Shown one piece after another: positions 26,464-36,893 of a stretch of 37,827 nucleotides of DNA. The position numbers were made by a program, and so were the translations under genes. Numbering within the stretch: position 1 is the stretch's first letter; every line of letters starts with the position of its first letter. Source of the DNA: a virus. Lineage: Duplodnaviria; Heunggongvirae; Uroviricota; Caudoviricetes. Location of the stretch: the IMG/VR virus record IMGVR_UViG_2534681663_000017, positions 1-37,827 of that record. One strand, given 5' to 3'. Below the pieces are notes generated by a model. The model was not told the origin of the DNA. It was given only the letters and a program-made list of their open reading frames with translations, and made no database searches.

Positions 26464-27061
26464 TATGCAGCCCTCACGATGTAGTTAAATGCAATGTTGC
26501 GCGGACGGGTTTCAGATGCGTACACGGACGGATGAGTAACACCGTCTGAGGTCGATGCCCTGTAAGTCCTGAATGGTGGTAATCCGGTCGCTATTGCGTT
26601 GTTATTACCTGTTGGTGAAAGGTCCTTGCGATAAAGGATTACCTTGTCTGCCCTACTGGTTGCGTCCCATGATGTTCCTGACGACGATGGACTCAGGGCC
26701 GCACTGGGTATTTCTGGTACATCGTTGAAAACCGCATAGATATCGCTTTCCATCTGGTCTGACGGATTACCCACTCCGGTTGGCAGAGCGTGCGCATGGT
26801 CCTGGAAAGCAAAACTCTGACAACTGAGAAGTATGCGCCCCTCATCAATCCCTCGCCCGTCATCCCAGCCACGAATAAACTCACCACGTAAATCTGGCAA
26901 TTTATTTGTCGGGTAAGCCTTTGCCAGTTCCGGGTATTCTTCAGCAGAAAAAGCCGCACCATTGCATTTCAGCCAGCCTGTTGGCGGAGTGGCTGAAGGC
27001 CACGGAACAGGGACACCAACAGGTAATGCAGAGCCTTCTCCCAAACCAACGTTTATGAAAA
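26463..27061 (-). CDS. Alternative tail-fibre C-terminal segment (Sv'-like, tail-collar-type motif); no independent start, expressed only after inversion
   Basis: Minus-strand reading frame carries GLGE at the crossover then ...LPVGVPVPWPSATPPTGWLKCNGAAFSAEEYPELAKAY...LPDLRGEFIRGWDDGRG, a phage tail-collar-like pattern; frame is open through the right gix-like site. Confidence 0.6.
27036..27061. promoter_or_regulatory. Right recombination site (gix/hix-like) of the invertible segment
   Basis: TTCTCCCAAACC AA CGTTTATGAAAA, inverted relative to the left site, 55 bp upstream of the invertase start. Confidence 0.65.
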
Positions 27062-27116
27062 TGCAGAGATAATGGCTAACTGGCATCATCCCCGGTTTTT
27101 ATTCAGGGGGATGCTC

Positions 27117-27683
27117 ATGCTTATTGGCTATGTACGCGTGTCAACAAATGACCAGAACACCGATTTGCAACGTAATGCACTGAACTGCGCGGGATGTGAG
27201 CGGATTTTTGAGGATAAAATCAGTGGCACTAAGTCCGACAGACCAGGGTTGAAAAAACTGCTCAGGACACTATCGGCAGGAGACACGCTGGTTGTCTGGA
27301 AGCTGGACAGGTTGGGGCGCAGTATGCGGCATCTTGTTACGCTGATAGAAGAGTTGCGTCAGCGAGGCGTGAATTTCCGAAGCCTGACTGACAGTATTGA
27401 TACCAGCACCCCAATGGGCCGTTTCTTTTTTCATGTCATGGGTGCCCTGGCTGAAATGGAACGCGAACTGATAGTTGAACGTACCAGGGCAGGGCTGGCT
27501 GCAGCTCGTGCCAAAGGCAGAGTAGGTGGACGCCGTCCTAAGTTGACCACCGAACAGTGGGCACAGATTGGGCGTTTACTCGAGGCCGGAGAATCAAGAC
27601 AGCGTATTGCACTGATTTTTGATGTGGGCGTTTCTACCATTTATAGAAAATTTCCGGCGAATGAGAACAATGAATCGCCCTGA
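27117..27683 (+). CDS. Serine DNA invertase (Gin/Hin/Pin/Cin family)
   Basis: Starts MLIGYVRVSTNDQNTDLQRNAL... (ATG 27117, GGGGGA upstream); near-identical by eye to Mu Gin as recalled, including catalytic Ser in YVRVST and a C-terminal HTH. Confidence 0.9.
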   Translation: MLIGYVRVSTNDQNTDLQRNALNCAGCERIFEDKISGTKSDRPGLKKLLRTLSAGDTLVVWKLDRLGRSMRHLVTLIEELRQRGVNFRSLTDSIDTSTPMGRFFFHVMGALAEMERELIVERTRAGLAAARAKGRVGGRRPKLTTEQWAQIGRLLEAGESRQRIALIFDVGVSTIYRKFPANENNESP

Positions 27684-27731
27684 GTCAGCATTATTTTGAT
27701 TTTTCCTGTAAGCGGACAAATACCGTTATTT

Positions 27732-27749
27732 TGTGTGAATAACGACACA
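27732..27749. promoter_or_regulatory. TGT-N12-ACA dyad (late-activator site) upstream of tail sheath gene
   Basis: TGTGTGAATAACGACACA; centre is 85 bp upstream of the FI ATG. Confidence 0.45.
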
Positions 27750-27825
27750 ACTGCGCTTAGCTGTTTGTCAGGCACAATCACTTCAACATAGGGCGAAGCC
27801 TAATCCAATCAGGAGGTTCGCCACT

Positions 27826-28998
27826 ATGGCTCAGGATTACCACCACGGAGTGCGCGTTGTTGAAGTCAACGAAGGCACCCGAACCATTACCACGGTGAGC
27901 ACCGCCATCGTGGGTATGGTCTGCACGGGCGATGATGCCGATGCAAAAATGTTTCCTCTTAATAAACCCGTGCTGATCACTGATGTGCTGACTGCCAGCG
28001 GTAAAGCGGGTGAGTCCGGCACGCTGGCCCGTTCGCTGGATGCCATCGCTGACCAGGCAAAACCCGTGACCGTTGTTGTGCGTGTGCCGCAGGGGGAAAC
28101 GGAAGAAGAAACCACGACCAATATCATCGGCGCAGTGACTGCTGAAGGTAAAAAAACAGGCATGAAAGCTCTGTTATCTGCACAGTCACAGCTCGGCGTT
28201 AAACCGCGCATTCTCGGCGTGCCAGGCCACGATAACAAAGCCGTTGCGACTGAGTTGCTGAGCGTGGCGCAAAGCCTGCGTGGGTTTGCTTACCTGTCAG
28301 CGTATGGCTGCAAGACAGTGCAGGAGGCGATCACTTACCGCGAAAACTTCAGCCAGCGCGAAGGGATGCTGATCTGGCCTGACTTTACTGGCTGGGACAC
28401 GGTGCTGAATGCCGAAGCAACGGCATATGCCACCGCTCGTGCGCTCGGTCTGCGCGCCAAAATTGATGAGCAGACCGGGTGGCACAAAAGCCTGTCCAAC
28501 GTGGGCGTGAACGGTGTCACCGGAATTTCTGCTGATGTGTTCTGGGATCTGCAGGACCCGGCAACCGATGCAGGTCTGCTTAACCAGAACGACGTTACCA
28601 CGCTTATCCGCAAAGACGGTTTCCGCTTCTGGGGTTCCCGCTGTCTGAGCGATGATCCGCTCTTTGCCTTCGAAAACTACACCCGAACCGCGCAGGTACT
28701 GACGGACACGATGGCAGAAGCGCACATGTGGGCGGTAGACAAACCGCTGAATCCGTCGCTGGCTCGCGACATTATCGAAGGTATCCGCGCCAAAATGCGC
28801 AGCCTGGTCAGTCAGGGGTATCTCATTGGTGGTGATTGCTGGCTGGACGAGTCGGTGAACGACAAAGACACTCTGAAAGCCGGGAAACTCACGATCGACT
28901 ACGACTACACGCCAGTGCCGCCACTTGAAAATCTGATGCTGCGCCAGCGCATCACCGATCAGTACCTGGTGAATTTCGCCAGCCAGGTCAGCGCGTAA
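27826..28998 (+). CDS. FI: Contractile tail sheath protein, P2 gpFI family
   Basis: 390 aa, AGGAGG upstream; size and position match P2 FI. Confidence 0.9.
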   Translation: MAQDYHHGVRVVEVNEGTRTITTVSTAIVGMVCTGDDADAKMFPLNKPVLITDVLTASGKAGESGTLARSLDAIADQAKPVTVVVRVPQGETEEETTTNIIGAVTAEGKKTGMKALLSAQSQLGVKPRILGVPGHDNKAVATELLSVAQSLRGFAYLSAYGCKTVQEAITYRENFSQREGMLIWPDFTGWDTVLNAEATAYATARALGLRAKIDEQTGWHKSLSNVGVNGVTGISADVFWDLQDPATDAGLLNQNDVTTLIRKDGFRFWGSRCLSDDPLFAFENYTRTAQVLTDTMAEAHMWAVDKPLNPSLARDIIEGIRAKMRSLVSQGYLIGGDCWLDESVNDKDTLKAGKLTIDYDYTPVPPLENLMLRQRITDQYLVNFASQVSA

Positions 28999-29007
28999 GG
29001 GGATAAC

Positions 29008-29523
29008 ATGGCTTTACCACGCAAATTAAAACATCTGAACCTGTTTAACGACGGGAACAACTGGCAGGGGATCGTAGAGTCGCTGACGCTGCCGAAATTC
29101 ACCCGCAAATATGAGAAGTATCGCGGCGGCGGAATGCCTGGTGCAGTTGATGTGGATCTGGGGCTTGATGACAGTGCGCTGGACACAGAATTTTCCATTG
29201 GTGGTACTGAACTGCTGCTGTTTAAGCAGATGGGCAAAGCCACGGTGGATGGCATCCAGTTGCGCTTTACCGGCTCTATCCAGCGTGACGATACCGGAGA
29301 AGTGCAGGCCGTGGAGCTTGTGGTGCGTGGACGTCACAAAGAAGTGGATTCCGGCGAGTGGAAGACGGGCGAAAGCAACACCACCAAAGTGACCAGTACC
29401 AACAGCTACGCGAAGCTGACCATCAATGGTGAGGTGCTCTATGAAGTGGACCTTATCAACATGGTGGAAATTGTGGACGGTATGGACCTGATGGAAGCGC
29501 ACCGCAACGCCCTCGGCCTCTGA
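29008..29523 (+). CDS. FII: Tail tube protein, P2 gpFII family
   Basis: 171 aa directly after the sheath gene. Confidence 0.9.
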   Translation: MALPRKLKHLNLFNDGNNWQGIVESLTLPKFTRKYEKYRGGGMPGAVDVDLGLDDSALDTEFSIGGTELLLFKQMGKATVDGIQLRFTGSIQRDDTGEVQAVELVVRGRHKEVDSGEWKTGESNTTKVTSTNSYAKLTINGEVLYEVDLINMVEIVDGMDLMEAHRNALGL

Positions 29524-29577
29524 TATATCTGAACGGCGCGGGATACCGCGCCAGAACCCAATCTACAGGACAGCAAA

Positions 29578-29880
29578 ATGAGTGATAAGCAGACTGAAAA
29601 GACCATTCAACTGGATACCCCCATCAAGCGCGGTAAAACAGAAATCACCGAAATTGTGCTGCGTAAACCGCAGTCCGGTGCGCTGCGCGGTACACGCCTG
29701 CAGGCCATTATGGATATGGATGTGAACGCGATGATGACCGTGATCCCCCGCATCTCCAGTCCGGCACTGACTGCACAGGAAATTGCAGAGATGGACCCGG
29801 CAGATCTCACTGCCATGTCGGTTGAGGTTGTCACTTTTTTGTTGAAGAAGTCGGTGCTTGCCGGTTTACCGACAGCCTGA
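29578..29880 (+). CDS. E: Tail assembly chaperone gpE (zero-frame product)
   Basis: 100 aa; contains slippery heptamer T_TTT_TTG at 29835..29841 near its 3' end. Confidence 0.8.
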   Translation: MSDKQTEKTIQLDTPIKRGKTEITEIVLRKPQSGALRGTRLQAIMDMDVNAMMTVIPRISSPALTAQEIAEMDPADLTAMSVEVVTFLLKKSVLAGLPTA

Positions 29881-30014
29881 CGGTTGACGATCTGGTGGCA
29901 GATATCGCCACCATTTTTCACTGGCCGCCATCCGTTACTGACGTTATGCCGCTGACCGAAGTGCTGGAATGGCGGTATAAAGCGATTCAGAGAAGCGGGG
30001 CCAATGATGAGTGA
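29578..30014 (+). CDS. E': gpE+E' fusion produced by -1 programmed ribosomal frameshift at T_TTT_TTG (29835..29841)
   Basis: The -1 frame is open from the slip site to TGA at 30012..30014 (58 codons, ...IFHWPPSVTDVMPLTEVLEWRYKAIQRSGANDE), ending just inside the T gene start, as in P2 E/E'. Confidence 0.65.
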
Positions 30015-33000
30015 TAATAACCTGCGGCTGCAGGTCATTCTTAATGCGGTTGACAAACTCCCCCGCCCATTCCGTGCTGCACAGGCCAGTTCGAAAGAGC
30101 TGGCTGGCGCAATCAGAAACTCCCGTGACGCATTAAAGCAACTCAATCAGGCGGGTAACAGCCTGGAAAAATTTCGCAAGCTGCAGGCCGATAACAAGAA
30201 GTTAGGCGACAGGCTGAACTATGCCAGACAGAAGGCTAATTTGCTTAGCTCTGAGCTGGAGTCGATCGAACAACCATCACAACGGCACCTTGTGGCTTTA
30301 GGTCGGCAAACGCTGGCAGTCCAACGTCTGGAAGAACAACAAAAATATTTGCAGAAGCAAACGGCGCTTGTGCGTGCAGAACTGTACCGGGCGGGAATTT
30401 CTGCGAAAGATGATGCGGGAGCAACTGCCCGTTTAGCCCGTGAAACATCACGTTATAACCAGGAACTGTTGAAACAGGAGGCGCGGCTGAAGCGACTGGG
30501 GGAAGCTCAGCGCAGGATGAATGCAGCGCGTGCCAGTTATGCCCGTTCGCTGGAGGTGCGCGATCGCATCGCAGGAGCCGGAGCCACCACCACGGCTGCA
30601 GGGCTGGCAATGGGGACGCCAGTGATGGCGGCAGTAAAAAGCTATACCAGCATGGAAGATGCCATGAAAGGTGTGGCAAAGCAGGTCAATGGTCTGCGTG
30701 ACGATAATGGCAACCGCACTGCACGTTTTTATGAAATGCAGGATGCCATCAAGGCTGCCAGCGAACAGTTGCCGATGGAAAACGGTGCGGTGGACTTCGC
30801 TGCACAGGTTGAAGGTGGTGCGCGCATGAACGTCGCAAACCCTGACGACAGCTGGGAAGACCAGAAACGTGACCTGCTGGCCTTCGCCAGTACGGCAGCA
30901 AAGGCGGCAACAGCCTTTGAGCTGCCAGCGGATGAACTGTCAGAAAGTCTGGGGAAAATCGCCCAGCTCTACAAAATACCTACCCGCAATATTGAACAGC
31001 TCGGCGATGCGCTGAACTATCTGGATGATAACGCCATGTCGAAAGGGGCGGACATCATTGATGTCATGCAACGTCTGGGCGGTGTGGCTGACCGTCTGGA
31101 TTATCGTAAAGCGGCGGCACTGGGTTCCACCTTTCTGACACTGGGCGCTGCGCCGGAGGTTGCAGCCAGTGCAGCAAACGCGATGGTGCGTGAATTGTCC
31201 ATTGCCACCATGCAAAGCAAGAGTTTCTTTGAAGGGATGAATCTGCTGAAACTCAATCCTGAAGTGATTGAAAAGCAGATGACGAAGGATGCGATGGGAA
31301 CTATCCAGCGTGTGCTGGAGAAGGTGAACGCACTGCCGCAGGACAAGCGTCTGTCTGCCATGACCATGTTGTTTGGTAAAGAGTTTGGTGATGACGCGGC
31401 GAAACTGGCAAACAACCTTCCGGAACTGCAGCGCCAGCTAAAACTGACAGCGGGCAATGATGCGCTCGGTTCCATGCAGAAAGAATCCGACATCAACAAA
31501 GACTCACTTTCTGCTCAGTGGTTGCTGGTCAAAACCGGAGCGCAGAACACCTTCAGCAGCCTGGGCGAAACGCTGCGCCAGCCGCTGATGGATATTCTGT
31601 ACACGGTGAAAAGCATCACGGGGGCGTTGCGCCGCTGGGTGGAAGCTAACCCGGAACTGACAGGCACACTGATGAAAGTAGCGGCTGTTGTGGCTGCTGT
31701 TACCGTAGGCCTCGGCACCTTAGCGGTGGCGCTGGCTGCAGTGCTGGGGCCGCTGGCAGTCATCCGTCTGGGATTCTCTGTGCTGGGTATCAAAACGTTA
31801 CCTTCCGTTACGGCAGCAGTAACACGAACCAGCAGCGCGTTGTCCTGGTTAGCTGGCGCTCCACTGGCACTGCTGCGACGCGGGCTTGCTTCATCGGGCA
31901 ACGCAGCGGGTTTACTTACTGCTCCGTTGTCGTCTTTGCGTCGCACGGCATCACTGACGGGGAATGTCCTGAAAACTGTAGCAGGTGCGCCGGTTGCACT
32001 GTTCCGGTCTGGATTATCCGGTTTACGTGCTGTTGCTGTGATGTTTATGAATCCTTTGGCGGTACTGCGCGGTGGACTGGCCGCCGCAGGCACGGTGCTG
32101 CGAGTACTGGCATCTGGTCCACTGGCGATGCTGCGCGTTGCCCTGTATGCCGTATCTGGTCTGTCAGGTGCTCTGCTCAGTCAGATAGGTCTTGTGGTTA
32201 CTGCACTGGCGGGCGTGGCGCTGGTTGTCTGGAAATACTGGCAACCCATCACCGCATTTCTCGGTGGCGTGGTGGAAGGATTCAAAGCGGCGGCAGGACC
32301 CATCAGTGCCGCATTCGAACCACTTAAGCCTGTGTTCCAGTGGATTGGCGACAAAGTGCAGGCGCTGTGGGGCTGGTTTACTGATTTGCTGACGCCCGTT
32401 AAGTCGACTTCTGCCGAACTGCAGAGCGCAGCGGCAATGGGGCGACGATTCGGGGAGGCACTGGCGGAAGGGCTGAATATGGTCATGCATCCGCTGGACT
32501 CCCTGAAATCCGGCGTATCCTGGTTGCTGGAAAAACTCGGCATTGTCAGTAAAGAGGCCGCAAAGGCGAAACTGCCGGAAAGCGTGACGCGTCAGCAACC
32601 TGCGACGGTGAATGCAGACGGTAAAGTGATGATGCCATCGGGTGGTTTTCCGTCATGGGGATATGGCTTTGCGGGGATGTATGACAGCGGCGGCTATATC
32701 CCGCGCGGGCAGTTTGGCATCGTCGGTGAAAACGGGCCGGAAATTGTTAACGGCCCGGCAAATGTGACCAGCCGGAGAAATACAGCTTTACTGGCTGCCG
32801 TTGTTGCCGGAATGATGGGCGTTGCTGCCGCGCCTGCAGAGCTTCCACCGTTGCATCCTTTGGCACTTCCCTCGAAAGGCGGCGAAGCGATGGGGAGTCG
32901 TGCAGCCACTGTGCCGCCCGTTCAACGGATTGAGGCACCGACGCAGATCATCATTCAGACGCAGCCAGGACAAAGTGCGCAGGATATTGCGCGGGAGGTG

Positions 33001-33084
33001 GCCCGCCAGCTTGATGAACGTGAACGCAGGCTGAAGGCAAAAGCCAGGAGTAACTACAGCGATCAGGGGGGATACGACGCATGA
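30004..33084 (+). CDS. T: Tail tape measure protein, P2 gpT family
   Basis: 1026 aa; coiled-coil N-terminus, central hydrophobic segment and repeated PLAxLRxGL units (about 31840..32140). Confidence 0.9.
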   Translation: MMSDNNLRLQVILNAVDKLPRPFRAAQASSKELAGAIRNSRDALKQLNQAGNSLEKFRKLQADNKKLGDRLNYARQKANLLSSELESIEQPSQRHLVALGRQTLAVQRLEEQQKYLQKQTALVRAELYRAGISAKDDAGATARLARETSRYNQELLKQEARLKRLGEAQRRMNAARASYARSLEVRDRIAGAGATTTAAGLAMGTPVMAAVKSYTSMEDAMKGVAKQVNGLRDDNGNRTARFYEMQDAIKAASEQLPMENGAVDFAAQVEGGARMNVANPDDSWEDQKRDLLAFASTAAKAATAFELPADELSESLGKIAQLYKIPTRNIEQLGDALNYLDDNAMSKGADIIDVMQRLGGVADRLDYRKAAALGSTFLTLGAAPEVAASAANAMVRELSIATMQSKSFFEGMNLLKLNPEVIEKQMTKDAMGTIQRVLEKVNALPQDKRLSAMTMLFGKEFGDDAAKLANNLPELQRQLKLTAGNDALGSMQKESDINKDSLSAQWLLVKTGAQNTFSSLGETLRQPLMDILYTVKSITGALRRWVEANPELTGTLMKVAAVVAAVTVGLGTLAVALAAVLGPLAVIRLGFSVLGIKTLPSVTAAVTRTSSALSWLAGAPLALLRRGLASSGNAAGLLTAPLSSLRRTASLTGNVLKTVAGAPVALFRSGLSGLRAVAVMFMNPLAVLRGGLAAAGTVLRVLASGPLAMLRVALYAVSGLSGALLSQIGLVVTALAGVALVVWKYWQPITAFLGGVVEGFKAAAGPISAAFEPLKPVFQWIGDKVQALWGWFTDLLTPVKSTSAELQSAAAMGRRFGEALAEGLNMVMHPLDSLKSGVSWLLEKLGIVSKEAAKAKLPESVTRQQPATVNADGKVMMPSGGFPSWGYGFAGMYDSGGYIPRGQFGIVGENGPEIVNGPANVTSRRNTALLAAVVAGMMGVAAAPAELPPLHPLALPSKGGEAMGSRAATVPPVQRIEAPTQIIIQTQPGQSAQDIAREVARQLDERERRLKAKARSNYSDQGGYDA

Positions 33085-33566
33085 TGATGGTGCTGGGATT
33101 GTACGTGTTTATGCTGCGCACTGTGCCGTATCAGGAACTGCAGTATCAACGCAGCTGGCGACATGCGGCAAACAGCCGGGTCAACCGACGTCCGTCCATG
33201 CAGTTTCTGGGACCGGACAACGACATGCTGACGCTTTCTGGTGTTCTTATGCCGGAGATAACGGGCGGCAGGCTGTCGTTGCTGGCTCTGGAGCAGATGG
33301 CAGAACAGGGAAAAGCATGGCCCCTGATTGAAGGCAGCGGCACGATTTACGGCATGTATGTGATTGAGGGACTGAATCAGACTAAAACGGAGTTTTTCCG
33401 CGATGGTATGCCGCGCCGGATTGAGTTCACCCTGTCGCTCAAACGGGTGGATGAATCCCTGTCCGATATGTTCGGTGATCTCAGTGCGCAGCTGAATAAT
33501 TTGCAGGATACGGCAACGTCTGCCTTAAGCGATATCAGTAAAACGGTGGGAGGGCTGCTGTCGTGA
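33081..33566 (+). CDS. U: Tail protein, P2 gpU family
   Basis: 161 aa, coupled to T and D. Confidence 0.8.
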   Translation: MMMVLGLYVFMLRTVPYQELQYQRSWRHAANSRVNRRPSMQFLGPDNDMLTLSGVLMPEITGGRLSLLALEQMAEQGKAWPLIEGSGTIYGMYVIEGLNQTKTEFFRDGMPRRIEFTLSLKRVDESLSDMFGDLSAQLNNLQDTATSALSDISKTVGGLLS

Positions 33567-34663
33567 ATTTCAGCTCTGAACTGCTTAACAAAGGCAACAA
33601 AACTCCCGCATTCAGCATCAGTATTGAGGGAAAGGATATCACCACTGTGCTGGATAACCGCCTGATGAGTCTGACGCTGACGGACAATCGGGGCTTTGAA
33701 GCAGACCAGCTTGATCTGGAACTGGACGACGCCGACGGAAAAATCGTGCTGCCGCGCCGTGGTGCGGTCATCATGCTGGCGCTGGGCTGGAAGGGGCAGC
33801 CGCTTTTCCCGAAAGGGGCATTCACGGTGGACGAGATTGAACACACTGGCGCACCGGATCGCCTGACTATCCGGGCGCGAAGTGCTGATTTTAGGGAAAC
33901 GCTGAATACCCGCCGTGAAAAATCGTGGCACAAGACCACTGTCGGGGAAGTGGTGAAGGAAATAGCCGCGCGTCACAAGTTGAAGATGGCACTGGGTAAA
34001 GACCTGTCGGATAAGCCCGTGGAGCATATAGACCAGACTAATGAGAGTGACGGCAGTTTTCTGATGCGGCTGGCGCGCCAGTACGGGGCCATCGCGTCGC
34101 TGAAAAATGGCAATCTGTTATTCATCCGGCAGGGACAGGGCAAAAGCGCCACTGGTAAACCACTGCCGGTGATCACTATCACACGCAAGGACGGCGACAG
34201 TCACCGCTTTACCCTGGCAGATCGCGGAGCCTACACGGGCGTAATTGCCAGCTGGTTGCATACCCGCGAACCCGCGAAGAAAGAAAGCACCACGGTGAAG
34301 CGTAAGCGCAGAACTAAGAATCAGAAGAAAGAGCCGGAAGCGAAGCAGGGCGATTACCTGGTGGGTACGGATGAAAACGTGCTGGTACTTAATCGCACTT
34401 ATGCCAACCGGAGCAACGCTGAACGGGCAGCGAAAATGCAGTGGGAACGCTTGCAACGTGGCGTTGCGTCATTCTCGCTACAACTGGCGGAAGGGCGGGC
34501 AGATCTCTACACGGAAATGCCAGTGAAAGTCAGTGGCTTTAAACAGCCGATAGATGATGCGGAATGGACCATTACGACTCTGACGCATACCGTAAGCCCG
34601 GATAATGGTTTTACGACCAGTCTGGAGCTTGAAGTGAGGATTGATGATTTCGAAATGGAATGA
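33563..34663 (+). CDS. D: Tail protein / late control protein, P2 gpD family
   Basis: 366 aa; GTG start overlapping the U stop (GTGA). Confidence 0.8.
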   Translation: MNFSSELLNKGNKTPAFSISIEGKDITTVLDNRLMSLTLTDNRGFEADQLDLELDDADGKIVLPRRGAVIMLALGWKGQPLFPKGAFTVDEIEHTGAPDRLTIRARSADFRETLNTRREKSWHKTTVGEVVKEIAARHKLKMALGKDLSDKPVEHIDQTNESDGSFLMRLARQYGAIASLKNGNLLFIRQGQGKSATGKPLPVITITRKDGDSHRFTLADRGAYTGVIASWLHTREPAKKESTTVKRKRRTKNQKKEPEAKQGDYLVGTDENVLVLNRTYANRSNAERAAKMQWERLQRGVASFSLQLAEGRADLYTEMPVKVSGFKQPIDDAEWTITTLTHTVSPDNGFTTSLELEVRIDDFEME

Positions 34664-34753
34664 TTCTTCGCAATGGAGAACTTTTAAGTTTGCAAAATGG
34701 AATAATGCGGTATCATTATTGTGAATTTAGCAAAAATGGGGAGAACTCGAAAA

Positions 34754-34972
34754 ATGATGATTTGCCCACTGTGTGGAAGTGCCGCCCATACTCGCAGCAG
34801 TTTTCAGGTATCTTCATTGACCAAAGAGCGTTACAACCAGTGCCAGAACATTAACTGCAGCCATACTTTTGTTACCCATGAAACTTTTGTTCGTTCGATT
34901 GCAACGCCAAAAGAGTCAAATCCGGTTCAGCCGCATCCAATGAAATCAGGACAGGTAGCGCTCTCTCTTTGA
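34754..34972 (+). CDS. ogr: Late-gene transcription activator, Ogr/Delta zinc-finger family
   Basis: From ATG 34754: MMICPLCGSAAHTRSS...KERYNQCQNINCSHTF, the CxxC-N22-CxxxxC zinc finger recalled for P2 Ogr; 72 aa; GGGGAGA upstream. Confidence 0.85.
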   Translation: MMICPLCGSAAHTRSSFQVSSLTKERYNQCQNINCSHTFVTHETFVRSIATPKESNPVQPHPMKSGQVALSL

Positions 34973-35207
34973 CGCTGCCGCCATTTTGTCGCCATCGTTA
35001 AAAAACAGTGCTTCTAACATCATGATCTTAAACACCATAAATTTCAGGCAACAAAAAACCCATCAACCTTGAACCGAAATGGCGGGGGTGATGGGCTCCA
35101 CAAAATGGGGACATCAAAGAAAAGCAGTGGCACTAATTAAGACTGATGCCCTGCGGAAAAGTTCTGCGGTTGTGCAAAAAAATTTCATTTTCAGGGCAAC
35201 TTCAGTT

Positions 35208-36893
35208 TTATCCTAATCCTGGCCATACCATGACGATGATTGTCCCTGCCAGCGTCAGCAGGACGTTGGCGATTGCGTAGGTGCCCGCATAGCCCAGCGC
35301 AGGGATGTTACTGCGAGCTGTATCACTGATGATCTCCATTGCCGGCGCGCAGGTGCGTGCGCCCATCATTGCGCCGAACAACAGTGCGCGGTTCATTCGC
35401 AATACATAAGCACCGAACAAGAAACAGATAACCACGGGCACAAGACTGACAATTAATCCGGCAATCAACATCTGACCGCCAATCGCGCCCAGGCCGTTAT
35501 TAATACCGCTACCGGCGCTCAGACCAACGCCTGCCATAAACACCATCAAGCCGAACTCTTTCACCATGCTTAATGCACCTTGCGGAATGTAACCGAAGGT
35601 CGGGTGGTTAGCACGCATAAAGCCCAGCATAATTCCGGCGAATAACAACCCGGCAGCGTTCCCCATGCCGAAACTGAATGTGCTGAACTGGAAGGTGATC
35701 ATCCCGATCATCAGCCCAATAACAAAGAAGGCGCAAAATGCCAGCAGGTCAGTGACCTGGCTGTGAATCGAGATAAAGCCGATGCGATCGGCGATGGTTT
35801 TTACGCGACGGGCATCACCGCTGACTTGTAAAACGTCACCTTTGTTAAGCACGACGTTGTCATCTATCGGCATCTCAATCTGGCTACGAATGACGCGGTT
35901 AAGGAAGCAACCGTGATCGGTCAACTTCAGTTGTGCGAGACGTTTACCTACAGCGTTATGGTTTTTAACGACCACTTCTTCAGTGACGATACGCATGTCG
36001 AGAAGGTCACGATCGAAAACTTCTTTACCGTTACGGAAGCTGGGATCGAGTCGGGCATGGGCGTCGGGATAGCCTACCAACGCTATTTCATCGCCCATTT
36101 GTAGCACGGCATCACCGTCTGGATTTGCCAGAATCCCGTTACGTCGAATACGTTCAATGTAGCAGCCGGTTTGTCGATAAATACCCAGTTCACGCAGATT
36201 TTTGCCGTCGGTCCAGGCCACCAGCTCCGGGCCGACGCGATAGGCGCGGATCACCGGTAAATAAACCTTACGGTTGGCATCAGTGTCCAGGCCACGTTCG
36301 CGGGCGATTTGCTGGGCGCTGGTCTGTAAGTCCTGATGCTGCAATTTCGGCAAGTAACGCGCACCAACAATCAAACTCACCAGACCGATTAAATAGGTTA
36401 AGGCATACCCGAGGCTCAGATTATCCAGTGCCAGTGAGAGCTGCCTGCTTTCCATGCCGAAATGACGCAGTGTATCGCCAGCACCGACCAGAACCGGTGT
36501 CGACGTCATAGAGCCTGCTAACATACCGGCCGTCAGGCCAATATCCCAGCCAAACAGCTTACCTAACCCTAAGGCGATCACCAGCGCACTGCCAACCATC
36601 ACCAGTGCTAACATTAGGTAATTTTTCCCATCGCGAAAAAAAATGGAAAAAAAGTTCGGTCCGGCTTCGACCCCGACGCAGAAAATAAACAGCATAAAGC
36701 CAAGATTAAGCGCATCGGTGTTAATGCTGAAATGTTGTTGGCCTAATAACAGCGATACGACTAAAACGCCAATGGAATTACCCAGTTGGATCGAACCAAG
36801 TCGTAACTTTCCGAGACATAGCCCAAGCGCGAGGACCACAAATAATAACAGAATGTAATTCCCATTTAACAATTCGGCGACGTTTATATTCAC
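35208..36893 (-). CDS. ybjL: Putative transport protein YbjL (AAE-family transporter with duplicated membrane domains and central TrkA-C-like domains)
   Basis: 561-aa ORF recognised as E. coli YbjL from memory; GTG start. Confidence 0.85.
   Translation of the reverse strand: MNINVAELLNGNYILLLFVVLALGLCLGKLRLGSIQLGNSIGVLVVSLLLGQQHFSINTDALNLGFMLFIFCVGVEAGPNFFSIFFRDGKNYLMLALVMVGSALVIALGLGKLFGWDIGLTAGMLAGSMTSTPVLVGAGDTLRHFGMESRQLSLALDNLSLGYALTYLIGLVSLIVGARYLPKLQHQDLQTSAQQIARERGLDTDANRKVYLPVIRAYRVGPELVAWTDGKNLRELGIYRQTGCYIERIRRNGILANPDGDAVLQMGDEIALVGYPDAHARLDPSFRNGKEVFDRDLLDMRIVTEEVVVKNHNAVGKRLAQLKLTDHGCFLNRVIRSQIEMPIDDNVVLNKGDVLQVSGDARRVKTIADRIGFISIHSQVTDLLAFCAFFVIGLMIGMITFQFSTFSFGMGNAAGLLFAGIMLGFMRANHPTFGYIPQGALSMVKEFGLMVFMAGVGLSAGSGINNGLGAIGGQMLIAGLIVSLVPVVICFLFGAYVLRMNRALLFGAMMGARTCAPAMEIISDTARSNIPALGYAGTYAIANVLLTLAGTIIVMVWPGLG

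Larger units (their letters stand above)
25350..27061. other. Invertible tail-fibre segment (G-segment-like, about 1.7 kb) with alternative H C-termini and chaperone genes
   Basis: Bounded by inverted 26-bp gix-like sites; contains H 3' end plus a short ORF on the plus strand and a tail-fibre-assembly gene plus alternative H C-terminus on the minus strand; serine invertase gene immediately downstream. Confidence 0.7.
1..35207. mobile_element. P2/186-family prophage (boundaries approximate; left end may lie beyond the window start, right att somewhere in 34973..35207)
   Basis: Contiguous, syntenic set of P2-type genes (int, cI, cII, A, Q, P, O, N, M, L, X, lysis, R, S, V, W, J, I, H, FI, FII, E, T, U, D, ogr) recognised from translated ORFs; host genes ybjL/ybjM/grxA resume at 35208. 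No flanking direct repeat identified. Confidence 0.85.

Noticed and set aside
30245-32598. Several minus-strand ORFs (144, 132, 192 and 144 aa) inside the tape measure gene
   Set aside because: All antisense to the single 1026-aa T ORF; Pro/Ala/Ser-rich translations typical of the reverse strand of GC-rich repeats.
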